Source: Sulfolobales archaeon
GTDB taxonomy: Archaea; Thermoproteota; Thermoprotei_A; Sulfolobales; NBVN01
Direction: 5' to 3'
Assembly (NCBI GenBank): GCA_038841535.1
Contig: JAWBTQ010000009.1
Coordinates: 1 to 44,503 of the forward strand
DNA length: 44,503 bases
In this document: piece by piece, positions 27,122 to 35,919 of the stretch
How positions within the stretch are numbered: position 1 is the first letter of the stretch
Layout of the letters: every line of letters starts with the position of its first letter
Notes under the pieces: model-generated
Databases searched by the model: none
Told to the model about the DNA's origin: nothing
What the model saw: only the letters and a program-made list of their open reading frames with translations
Made by a program: the position numbers and the translations under genes

Positions 27122-28510
27122 CTATGGCCAGGGTATCTCTACCCAGACTCTAGTACCGTCTACAGACTTAGGAAGCAGTAACCTTGTTCCTTGTTCCACT
27201 ACTCTAAACGGCCAAACTACTACTCTTCTGCCCTGCTGCCACTGGAAGTATATTGGGTATATTCTATCCGGAGCTAACTTAGCAGTATGGCTTCTGGTGA
27301 ATTCATAAATACCAGCAGTCCCCACGAAGGTCGAGGTCTCTAAAGCTTTGATGACTTTATCTGTTTCAAACGTTCCAGCCTTTTTAACTGCTTCAGCCCA
27401 CACGTATACTGAGTCGTAAGCATACCATGTCGTAAATAGAGGTTCAGTTCCCAATAGCTTGCTATACTTTTCGTAGAACTCCATCGTCCTAGGTGTAATG
27501 GGGGCTGGGAACCCCCAAGAAATGCATATCAATCCTTCGGCAGCCCCCATAGTCTGGTTGTAGAATATGTTGAGCATAGCATATGTCCCACCTCCTACAG
27601 CTAATAGAGGGACCTGACCTAAGAAGTAGTCCCTCGCATAGACGTAGTCTTCTGTGCCAGAGAACTGCCAAGTTATGTACTGAGCACCAGAAGCCATGAC
27701 TCTGGCAAAGACGTCAGTGAAGGAGGTTATGTCTGCGGGTACCCCAATTGCTGTTACGACCTCTATGCCTTCCTTCTTAGACCTCTCCTGACCGTATAGA
27801 GCGTGTGGGATAACCCATGGTAAGTCCTCATAGATCCACGCGACTTTAGTCCAGCCAAACCTTCTTGAGAGGTACGCCAGCAGGTCCCATGTAGCTGCTG
27901 CCTGAGATGTTGCGTTGACGTATGCTCTAAACCAGTATTTATAATATTCATAGTTCTCCAGTACTTTAGCGTCGATAGCATCACTAACAGCACCAGAAGC
28001 TATAATTAAGACCTCGTAAAGAGGTAGAAGGTCCATTATTGCTAGGGCTTCGTGTGAGCCAAAGACTCCAAATATTACTTTAACCCCATCTTCAGCCAGC
28101 TTCCTATAGCCTTCAGCGGCCTTATCTCCACTCCACTGCGTATCGTAGGGCACTAGCTCGACCTTGTGGTTTAGGACTCCTCCAGCAGCGTTTATTTCCT
28201 CTATAGCAAGCTGTATTGCTGCCAGCATCATTGTTCCTATAGGTAAGTTGAGAGGAAGGAGAGCCCCAACCTTTACAGTTCCAACAAACTGTGGGGGTGT
28301 GGTAGTAGGGGGTGTTACCGGAGTGGTTAGCACGATCGTTGTAGTAGGTCCGGGCAGTGTTAAGGTTTCTCTAAGAGTAATAGTCATATATCTTGTGATC
28401 TCGACTCCAGGGACAGTCGGGGTAGCTACTTGCTGACCTACGAAGTAGCCAACTATTCCAGCTACGACTATGAGTACTATCAGTACTGCCTGAATTATTT
28501 GAGGCTTCAT
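27122..28510 (-). CDS. livK: Liv-type ABC transporter substrate-binding protein
   Basis: N-terminal TM anchor, Thr/Pro-rich linker, VKVGALLPL, AIEEINAAGGV, AYD and FQWQ. Confidence 0.9.
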   Translation of the reverse strand: MKPQIIQAVLIVLIVVAGIVGYFVGQQVATPTVPGVEITRYMTITLRETLTLPGPTTTIVLTTPVTPPTTTPPQFVGTVKVGALLPLNLPIGTMMLAAIQLAIEEINAAGGVLNHKVELVPYDTQWSGDKAAEGYRKLAEDGVKVIFGVFGSHEALAIMDLLPLYEVLIIASGAVSDAIDAKVLENYEYYKYWFRAYVNATSQAAATWDLLAYLSRRFGWTKVAWIYEDLPWVIPHALYGQERSKKEGIEVVTAIGVPADITSFTDVFARVMASGAQYITWQFSGTEDYVYARDYFLGQVPLLAVGGGTYAMLNIFYNQTMGAAEGLICISWGFPAPITPRTMEFYEKYSKLLGTEPLFTTWYAYDSVYVWAEAVKKAGTFETDKVIKALETSTFVGTAGIYEFTRSHTAKLAPDRIYPIYFQWQQGRRVVVWPFRVVEQGTRLLLPKSVDGTRVWVEIPWP

Positions 28511-28554
28511 ATAGTCACCGATCCCTTAGTGGAATGAAGAGTTAAAAACCTCAA

Positions 28555-28570
28555 GTTAACAGACGCTAAT
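28555..28570. promoter_or_regulatory. Candidate operator/activator box upstream of the substrate-binding protein gene
   Basis: GTTAAC-AGAC-GCTAAT, 6 bp from TTTTTA (28543-28548, minus strand). The spacer TTGAGG resembles TTAAGG at the KAS III promoter. Confidence 0.65.
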
Positions 28571-28584
28571 CTGAGTTTCACAGC

Positions 28585-29304
28585 CTACAGTATATTTCTC
28601 TCTTTCAAGAATTTCGACAGCAAATTCACAACAGTACTTTCCATTCCTGATAGCGTGTGAGTCCCACCCTCTACTAAGTGGAATTCCACATCGTATTTTA
28701 GCTCTTTAAGCTTTCTATACAGAGCTTCAGACTGAGACACGGGCACCATAGAGTCTTCCGAACCATGAATTAGCAGCACGCTTCCCGAAATCTTATCTAC
28801 GTAGGTTATTGGGCTAGCTAGCTCGTAAAGCTCCCTGTTTTCGTCGGGTTCTCCGAGAGTAGACCTGACTAAGTCTGCTATGTACTTCTGCGGGCTTCCA
28901 TGGGGAAACTTTGATAGAAATCTATAGAGGTCTGCTAAATCAACCCACCCACCTACACTCACAACAAACCTCACTCTTTCTTGTGTTGATGCTAGCAAAC
29001 TTACAGTTCCACCTAGAGATATCCCTAGGAGCCCGAGCCTCTCAGGGTCAACTCCGCTTAGAACTTTAAGCTTTCTTATAGCTCTTATGGCGACAGCAAC
29101 TCCATCACTGGCGTCAGTATATCGTGGAGCAAAAGCCACCATCCCCAGAGTGGCAAGTTCTTTAGAATAGTACTCGACATCCTCAGGTTTTTGATTGAAA
29201 GCGTGAAGAACAACTGTAGCGGGTTTCTGCTCCGCCAGAGATGAGTAGTAGAGATAACCAGGTACGTCCTGGGTCTTCACCTTTGAGATGCTCATAGTTA
29301 GCAC
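28585..29304 (-). CDS. Alpha/beta hydrolase (S9/dienelactone-hydrolase-like esterase)
   Basis: VDPERLGLLGISLGG (Ser), IHGSEDSMVP (Asp) and GGTH (His). Confidence 0.88.
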   Translation of the reverse strand: MLTMSISKVKTQDVPGYLYYSSLAEQKPATVVLHAFNQKPEDVEYYSKELATLGMVAFAPRYTDASDGVAVAIRAIRKLKVLSGVDPERLGLLGISLGGTVSLLASTQERVRFVVSVGGWVDLADLYRFLSKFPHGSPQKYIADLVRSTLGEPDENRELYELASPITYVDKISGSVLLIHGSEDSMVPVSQSEALYRKLKELKYDVEFHLVEGGTHTLSGMESTVVNLLSKFLKERNIL

Positions 29305-29440
29305 CGTGAGAGGAGATCGCTAGATAGCTATTAAAATGCTGAGCGGGATCTTTAACTACTTAACAAGACTAAGTATGCTCGACATTGTACGCTACAACAC
29401 CCCCGGGAAATGCAGGAATAGGGAAGCCAGACGCAGTTCC

Positions 29441-29727
29441 GCGAGGGGTTCAGCTCTCGTGTTGGTTTATATGGGTTGACTTCATTGCCCCATCTCTTTC
29501 CCCGCATTCTTCTCGGGTTCTCATCAGGCTTGGGGGCGTTCGAGGTGACCTCGGGCACCCCACATCTTGAGTAACTCGGGGAGAGCCCGCACCTCATCTA
29601 CGTGGCTCTCGATCCCTTATCGGGCAGCCTCTACACATCAATCAAACAGAAACACTCGTAAGCGTTTCCGCAGCGTCTATAGAGCAACACAAACCAATAC
29701 GAACCCGAAACAGTTGCTTGAGGCTTT
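29441..29727 (-). mobile_element. Non-autonomous IS200/IS605 mini-element (internally deleted tnpB)
   Basis: Left-end-like repeat at 29689-29727. The tnpB 5' 14-mer at 29575-29588 is identical to 608-621 and joins directly to a tnpB C-terminal tail (YSRCGVP...NAPKPDENP). The end motif GCTGAACCCCTC is shared with 40666-40677. Confidence 0.75.
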
Positions 29728-29969
29728 ATCGCTCCATGACTCCATCTTATTGGAGCCTAGTCCGGGTCTTCACTAACTTTAGGTGGTCTAGTCCGTGTCT
29801 TCTTTCACTGAAATCTCTTATCGGTGGCCACAGAGAGTCTCTGCTTCTTGAGCAAGTCTCTATGGTCGGTTATTGATAATAACCTTTATAGAGCTCAAAA
29901 CAGTTCCTCGGGGCTCCATTTAATCTAACTCTTATATTCCTAGTTTTTCTATATCCAAAGGTGTAGTGA

Positions 29970-30251
29970 ATGAGCTCTTTAGTCAAGGAGGGAGTGCTGG
30001 GAATAGTGTTAGGATATAGAAAGGGTTTGAATAGGCAGTACGTTAGCCAAGTCTACATAAAGGTACTGACACAAATCGAAAATGTTCATTCTCTCATCGG
30101 TCGTAAGGTAAAGGTTAGTGATAGCTATGGAAATATCTACTTGGGAAGAGTAGTCAAAGTCCATGGTTCCGGAAAGAATGGTGTTGTTATAGCTGTGTTT
30201 AGCAGGAACCTACCGGGGCAGCTGATAGGCTTTGAGGTAGCTATTCTCTAA
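29970..30251 (+). CDS. rpl35ae: 50S ribosomal protein L35Ae
   Basis: GIVLGYRKG..RQY..QVYIK, IGRKV, GRVVKVHG..GVV.A.F.RNLPGQLIG. Confidence 0.92.
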   Translation: MSSLVKEGVLGIVLGYRKGLNRQYVSQVYIKVLTQIENVHSLIGRKVKVSDSYGNIYLGRVVKVHGSGKNGVVIAVFSRNLPGQLIGFEVAIL

Positions 30252-30976
30252 CATGAGTATAGGATTGCTCGAACGGCTACTTCTAGTAGTTCGCTGCTAT
30301 AACCAGCAAATAATATTGACTTGGAGTATGGGACTTCAAAGAGAATAGCATATTCATTTAAGTAAGCCAAGGGTTTAACGTAGTACTTCAGGACCGTCTT
30401 CTCGGTGTTTGCTATAGTTAACACAATCTTACTGTTAAAGTTAAGCCCGTAAAGTACTGGGTGACTAGGCCATCGCGGGCTTATGAAACCCTCTGCGCTT
30501 ACTATATCAGCATCGCTCAGAGTACTCAAGTCGGATACCAAAGGATTAAATAGAGTTTTAACTATTTCGCTAACTCTACCTTCGCACGATACATAACATC
30601 TCCCCCCCTCACTTAAGTCACCAAGAACTCTCTCGAGAGACTCTATCAACAGGCACTGACTCCCAGTTTTAGAAATACTCCCGGTCTCAGGAACAGGTTT
30701 TCCATCTATCCACGTATCTTCGGAGACTTCATAATCTGCTTGTTCGATATTGCAGGACTCGCAGATTTCAGGGTCTAAAGCTAGTGATGAAGGAGGAACT
30801 ACTATGTGGTAAGTCTTTTTGCGACCTAACCAAACGGGTACTACAGAGGGTTTTGTTATAAAGATCGCTCCATTAGTTCCTCCACACTTAAAAAGTTCTC
30901 TCACTATGTTAAGAAATACTGCTCCATGCCTTGCTAGATACAGTAAGTAGCCTGAGCGTAACCTCAGCTCCGTCAC
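30248..30976 (-). CDS. Hypothetical protein
   Basis: 242-aa ORF with normal composition and no recognised motif. Confidence 0.6.
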   Translation of the reverse strand: MTELRLRSGYLLYLARHGAVFLNIVRELFKCGGTNGAIFITKPSVVPVWLGRKKTYHIVVPPSSLALDPEICESCNIEQADYEVSEDTWIDGKPVPETGSISKTGSQCLLIESLERVLGDLSEGGRCYVSCEGRVSEIVKTLFNPLVSDLSTLSDADIVSAEGFISPRWPSHPVLYGLNFNSKIVLTIANTEKTVLKYYVKPLAYLNEYAILFEVPYSKSILFAGYSSELLEVAVRAILYSC

Positions 30977-31297
30977 CCAAGAAAACTAGAAGATTAAACA
31001 ATTATCCTTAAGATGAGAGGATTTAAAGTACTTCAACTTAGGTGGGTTCCCACCTTTAATAGAGAGTAATGATAGAAAGGCGTTCTTTCTCTCAATGTTG
31101 TGAGCAGAGATCGGCTGGTACGGGGCGCTCGTGTTGTTTTAGGTTTAAGCGCTGCCGCAACCCCGGATAGCGATGAGATCGAACTCTAAGTGTTGATGAG
31201 CACTAACGAACAGGACGAGCACTTAAATTAACTGTACCGTTTCACAAATAGATACTGCCTAAAGTATAGGCACAACGTTAAATAAGTTGAGCTTTCA

Positions 31298-31717
31298 CTA
31301 TCTGACTACGAAAACCGAAACTGGCACGTTCACGATTACTGAGAGCGCGACTGAGCCTATGATCAGATCGGGGTTTACTGTTCTCCCTCTTGCCGATATC
31401 ACGATAAGGTCGTAGCCTCCTCTAAGAACTTCCTCAATTATGGATGTGGCTATCGAACTAGTTGGACTAAGCTTAACAGCTTTAGTTTCTACGTTTATAC
31501 TAGACTTTTTGGAAACTGATGCTATAGTTTCCGATACTCTCTCTAGTGGTCCTATAGTACCATCGTCTATTATGAGCGCTACAATCACTGAGCCATATCT
31601 CTTTGCGAAGTCTATAGCAACATTTAGTGCCTTAATACTGTGTGAAGAGCCATCTACAGGGACCAGGATCCTCTTAAACATGTAGCTTACTTCGTATGTA
31701 GGTTCTCGAACGTACAT
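31298..31717 (-). CDS. Universal stress protein (UspA family)
   Basis: MFKRILVPVDGS.HS.KAL, YDLIVISARG, IGSVA and PVSVFVVR. The start may be ATG 31681. Confidence 0.93.
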   Translation of the reverse strand: MYVREPTYEVSYMFKRILVPVDGSSHSIKALNVAIDFAKRYGSVIVALIIDDGTIGPLERVSETIASVSKKSSINVETKAVKLSPTSSIATSIIEEVLRGGYDLIVISARGRTVNPDLIIGSVALSVIVNVPVSVFVVR

Positions 31718-31863
31718 ATTGCCTACCCAATTTAATCAGTTTTAAAAGACAATATAAAGGATGGTAAAGAGCTAGTGTCTCAACACTAGAGTAGCTCAAG
31801 GATGGGGTATGATGGAATGAGGAGGTGATCAACCACGGTAGTTAGTTAGAATAATGTTAGGGC

Positions 31864-32406
31864 TTAATCACGGCGTAAAAAGTCGTTGAAATAGCTTTTA
31901 CCTACTTCAAGAATTTTAGTGAGTAAAAGACACATGTTGTCAGACGGAGTTATTTTACAGAAACTTGATGAGAGGTCAAAGAAATCTTCGGTTATTACCA
32001 ACCTGATGTTAGGGATGTTTACACTATCACCCTGTACTATGAGGTATAGAGAACCTGATGGAATAGCTTTGCTAATGGACACAGATTTCACATAAGAGCC
32101 GTATTTCTCTAAGACCTCGAAGACCTCAGGCAGTCCTACCTCTTTCAGAGCACTCAATAACCTACCTGAGACATACATTTCCGCAACTGCAGGACTTATC
32201 CTCAGATCAAGTAGTACCTCGTTCTCTAGCTGAATACTAACATAAGTAGTCGAATCAGACGAAGAAAAAGTAACTACAGAACCAGAAATCTTGCTGGAGA
32301 TCGATTCAAACACGTCCCTTATTTTCTCTTGAACTACAGGTAACCCTCTAAACACCTCTCTCAAAGATCTCACCACCTTTACCTTTCCACATTTACTAAT
32401 ATCCAC
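31864..32406 (-). CDS. Hypothetical protein
   Basis: 180-aa ORF with no recognised motif. Confidence 0.6.
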   Translation of the reverse strand: MDISKCGKVKVVRSLREVFRGLPVVQEKIRDVFESISSKISGSVVTFSSSDSTTYVSIQLENEVLLDLRISPAVAEMYVSGRLLSALKEVGLPEVFEVLEKYGSYVKSVSISKAIPSGSLYLIVQGDSVNIPNIRLVITEDFFDLSSSFCKITPSDNMCLLLTKILEVGKSYFNDFLRRD

Positions 32407-32576
32407 ATCCTGTGGGTAATTCTAGGCGAGTTTCTTGGTATGTGTTCAGTATCGCATTACAAGCTTTTATGGAGTTACTGCGGTACTGAGCTTCATCGAG
32501 ACAGTTGAAAGCGGATGGTGGAGGTTGAGCATAGAAGAACTTTAAGGTCGTAATCCACTATCTGTAAGAAACAGTG

Positions 32577-32780
32577 TCAGTAGTGTCTTCTTTCAATGAC
32601 TAGAACTACGAAGTCCTCCTTCTCGTAAGCATCTATAACAGAGAGCTTCTGCTTTATAGCTTCGTTTACCGCGAACTCGAGGATGTCTTCTGAGACTTCT
32701 ATAGTAACCAGCTCACCCCTCTTAAGTCTTCTTCCCACATCTTCCAGGGTTCTTCTTACTTCATCCTCTTTTTTCAGCAT
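32577..32780 (-). CDS. Small hypothetical protein, possibly TusA/SirA-like fold without CPxP
   Basis: The LKRGELVTIEVS...EKEDFVVLVIERR pattern resembles the TusA alpha/beta layout. The protein has no Cys. Confidence 0.55.
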   Translation of the reverse strand: MLKKEDEVRRTLEDVGRRLKRGELVTIEVSEDILEFAVNEAIKQKLSVIDAYEKEDFVVLVIERRHY

Positions 32781-32852
32781 GTTCGCGGTCCTTTAAACGT
32801 GTTTGCTTCTAGCCTAATAAAGCACTCAAGAACTAGTCTTTAGATTTGTGCT

Positions 32853-33131
32853 CCATACGCTGTTTGGGTTTCGTGGCGGTTTATATGGATAGATGTTGTT
32901 TAATCCACTCTTCCACCGCTACTGTAAGTCCTAGCTCTATTAAGCTATGCCCCCGATGAGCCTTACTCTCAGTAGTTTGAGTAGTGGTATTAGGTGGGAG
33001 TATTGGGGTGTGTGGGTAGGCTAGCCCAGGTAGCATCTCTTAAGTAATTCTATATATCTCATCGAGTACTCACTAAATCCTCTAGGTAAGCGTTAGCAGA
33101 GCCCCCGTTTTCAGAGCGGGGAGATAGTCAG
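32853..33131 (+). mobile_element. IS200/IS605 remnant (left-end-like motif plus right-end hairpin)
   Basis: GCTGTTTGGGTTTCGTGGCGGTTTAT (32859-32884) resembles the reverse complement of the 891-930 repeat. GCCCCCGTTTTCAGAGCGGGGAGATAGTCAG (33101-33131) is a hairpin followed by a GTCAG right-end pattern. Confidence 0.55.
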
Positions 33132-33146
33132 ATGCGTCACGTACTC

Positions 33147-33740
33147 CTAGTGGTTTACAGTAAGACTGAGGACGCTGTTAACTACGGCTTCATCACTTAA
33201 CCAATCAATAAAGACTCTACACGATCTTCTGCCTGTTACTATCTCGATAACCTCCTTAGATACGTCCTCCACGCTCTTGCCAGTAACGTCAACTTCGCAC
33301 ACCTTATTAGGTGGGTGCTCAAGTAGAGCGTTACTGGTGCAGACACCTAAAAGCTCTGCTTCAACGTTCTCAAGTACCTTCTTCGGAGGCCAACCCCTCT
33401 TGCTGAGTCTTTCAGCTAACTCTACAGGGTTTATCCTTAAAATTATTATTTTGTCGAGTACGTCATCGTCTATAATCTCACTATAGTGCCCGATTACTAG
33501 AACTCTACCTCGCTCTGCTATGAGCCTTCTTAGATGCTCTCGCAGTTTATGTTCGTCAATAACAAAACTCAGTCTCTCGTCGTCGTAACTGACGACCAGC
33601 TTGTTTTCAAGTACGAAATCGCTTAACTCCACTAACCCGATATCAAGCGACCTGGAGACTAGTGTTCCAACAACCGACTTTCCTGTTCCAGGGGTGCCAC
33701 TAATAGCTATGGCCTTTCCGGAGCCGTAGTCCTCAGTCAT
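33147..33740 (-). CDS. Atypical adenylate kinase / ATPase (AK6/Fap7 family)
   Basis: Motifs GTPGTGKS, IGHY, L.ERLSKRGW..KKV.EN.EAE and EVDVTGKS. Confidence 0.9.
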   Translation of the reverse strand: MTEDYGSGKAIAISGTPGTGKSVVGTLVSRSLDIGLVELSDFVLENKLVVSYDDERLSFVIDEHKLREHLRRLIAERGRVLVIGHYSEIIDDDVLDKIIILRINPVELAERLSKRGWPPKKVLENVEAELLGVCTSNALLEHPPNKVCEVDVTGKSVEDVSKEVIEIVTGRRSCRVFIDWLSDEAVVNSVLSLTVNH

Positions 33741-33826
33741 TTACGCTACCAAGGTTGCACTAATACGTGGAAATTATAGCGTCACTTACTCCCACCTTAT
33801 TAGCTACGACAAGTAAATGCACTCAG

Positions 33827-34978
33827 GTGCCCTCGCTGGGGTTCTGCGAACTATGTGGAGTTAGTTCTAAAACCGTAAGCAACACTATAGGTGTTTGTGT
33901 AAGTTGCTTAAGAAGAGCTGGTGAAGAAGCTTTAAAGATTGCGCGCAGAGTTCATAAAGAATACAGGCAGAACTTAGGACTACCTCCAGACGTACCTAAA
34001 AGTGGAAAATTGAGATGCGGTATCTGTGTGAATGAGTGCCACATACCAGAAAATTCGTGTGGTTTCTGCGGTTTCTGGGTCAATAGAGGTGGTACCCTAA
34101 GTCCTCTTACAGCCAACCCTAGTGCTGGAATTGTTATGTGGTATTTTGACCCACACCCTACAAACTGCGTTGCCGGACCCGTTTGCGCTGCTAATACTTC
34201 GAGGGGATATCCAAATTACACAAAAATCAGAGGGGTTGAGGTAGGTTACTACAACTTAGCAGTTTTCTATATTGCCTGCAATCTTAACTGTCTTTTCTGT
34301 CAGAACTGGGAGCATAAGACCATATTATCTAATGATAAATTAAGAGCTAAATACATGAAGACAGTTGATGAACTAGTACGTGAAGCTTTAAACGATAGAG
34401 TTACCTGCATCTGCTACTTCGGGGGGGACCCCGGACCCCAAGTACCGCACGCTATTGCTGCTTCTAGAAGGCTGTTCGCAGCAAAAAGGCTGGATTCTAT
34501 AAAGAGAATATGTTGGGAAACCAATGGATTAGAAAACTCCATGATCATGAAGCAGATGGCGGAGCTCAGTCTAGTCTCAGGTGGAGTAGTAAAAATCGAC
34601 TGGAAAGCTTGGACGCCAGAGGTCTACGAGGCACTAACAGGTGTAAATGGCTTTAAAGCTATAGAGAGACTAAAGACCAACGTAAAGATAGTCTCAGAAA
34701 TGGGGATAGAACGCAGTGAGCCTCCACTGCTAGTAGTAAGCACCCTTTTAGTACCTGGATATGTCGATGAACAGGAAGTCAGAAAAATAGCTGAATATTT
34801 AGCCGAGGTAGACAGCAGAATTCCCTATGTGCTTCTCGCGTTTCATCCGGACAACATCTTGAGGGACCTCCCCCCAACAAGTAAGAGGCATGCTGAAGCA
34901 GCTAGAAGAGAGGCCTTAAGAGCTGGACTTAAAGAAGTCTATATAGGTAATGCGTGGCTGCTAGGAAACTACTACTAG
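33827..34978 (+). CDS. Radical SAM protein (PflA/AmmeMemoRadiSam-like)
   Basis: CNLNCLFCQNW, extra Cys clusters at the N-terminus, FGGDPGP, WETNG and AFHP. GTG 33827 is preferred to 33767 because TTATTA lies about 25 nt upstream. Confidence 0.9.
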   Translation: MPSLGFCELCGVSSKTVSNTIGVCVSCLRRAGEEALKIARRVHKEYRQNLGLPPDVPKSGKLRCGICVNECHIPENSCGFCGFWVNRGGTLSPLTANPSAGIVMWYFDPHPTNCVAGPVCAANTSRGYPNYTKIRGVEVGYYNLAVFYIACNLNCLFCQNWEHKTILSNDKLRAKYMKTVDELVREALNDRVTCICYFGGDPGPQVPHAIAASRRLFAAKRLDSIKRICWETNGLENSMIMKQMAELSLVSGGVVKIDWKAWTPEVYEALTGVNGFKAIERLKTNVKIVSEMGIERSEPPLLVVSTLLVPGYVDEQEVRKIAEYLAEVDSRIPYVLLAFHPDNILRDLPPTSKRHAEAARREALRAGLKEVYIGNAWLLGNYY

Positions 34979-34992
34979 CCTAGAACAACCAC

Positions 34993-35709
34993 TCAGCTCT
35001 TATCTCGTTGACCCACTCTCCTCACCACTCCTCCTATTACCTCCTCAACTGAAACCGAAGGGTCTAACGCTACTTTAAAGAATAAACCAGTTCTACCGAC
35101 TTCATCTCTTCGTTGTAGCACTTCCACTCTCTCCCTTACCGTATCTATACTAATCCCAAGAAGCTTAGCCACATAGTACTCGTAGCCTACTACTGGTGAC
35201 TCTCGGTGACCTCTTTCTGTTGGGATAACCAGTACCAAGGACTTAGTTACCCCGGGCGTTCTAACGTCTTTAACCAACTCTTCGTAGGATATATTACCGC
35301 CAAACTTATAGAACTCGAGTTCGCTGGAACTGAATCTCTCTAGCGGAAAAGAAACTGTAACATCACCACTCGGTGTTAGCTCGTAGAAGACCTTGAGAGC
35401 GGACTTTGGTGTTGCTCTTACCAAAGTCTTTTTATATATTCTTAAATCCCCCCTATCTAGGCATGCTTCAATAACTGCAGGAGCGATAGCATACGGTATG
35501 ACAACATCGACATCGCTACCTTGATCGACATCGCCCCTAGCAACAGAGCCGTGCACTATCGGAGAGTAGCCGCACTGAACTAAGATCTTCATCACTTTAG
35601 CTGCGACCTCCCTCAGTCTCCTTAAGAGAATCCACCTATCGCTCCCATATACCACATCCTTGAATTCTGGGACTCTAACTACTTTATGTCTTGGGCTCTT
35701 ACGAGACAT
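34993..35709 (-). CDS. Pol-beta-superfamily nucleotidyltransferase (conserved archaeal type)
   Basis: Motifs HGSVARGDV..GSDVDV, EFYKFGG and RRDEVGRTG. Confidence 0.87.
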   Translation of the reverse strand: MSRKSPRHKVVRVPEFKDVVYGSDRWILLRRLREVAAKVMKILVQCGYSPIVHGSVARGDVDQGSDVDVVIPYAIAPAVIEACLDRGDLRIYKKTLVRATPKSALKVFYELTPSGDVTVSFPLERFSSSELEFYKFGGNISYEELVKDVRTPGVTKSLVLVIPTERGHRESPVVGYEYYVAKLLGISIDTVRERVEVLQRRDEVGRTGLFFKVALDPSVSVEEVIGGVVRRVGQRDKS

Positions 35710-35773
35710 GCTTCTCTAATTTACTATGACTTACAGCCGTTATTAAAAGGCATTAATAACAATTACAGCAAAA

Positions 35774-35919
35774 CCGCAACCCCGAGCCTCGCGGTATGCG
35801 GGGTATGGGTAACGCCCGGTCTTGGGCGCAGGGCTAAACCCTCCAAGAGGAGGGGAATGTAGTCCTAAATCTCTCCATCCGAGAGGGACCCTCGCACTTT
35901 AGGGTAGGGAGGAGGTCAG
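35774..35919 (+). mobile_element. IS200/IS605 3'-end remnant (tnpB tail/omegaRNA-like region and right end)
   Basis: GC-rich tail ending GGGACCCTCGCACTTTAGGGTAGGGAGGAGGTCAG (35885-35919), the crenarchaeal IS605-type right-end pattern. It overlaps the last codons of the MocA-like gene. Confidence 0.7.

Noticed and set aside
29352-29776. ORFs 29352..29597, 29385..29570 and 29567..29776 as genes
   Set aside because: They are explained by the deleted IS605 mini-element.
31040-31055. Palindrome AGGTGGGTTCCCACCT
   Set aside because: A single short hairpin with no second copy and no T-run, so no function can be assigned.
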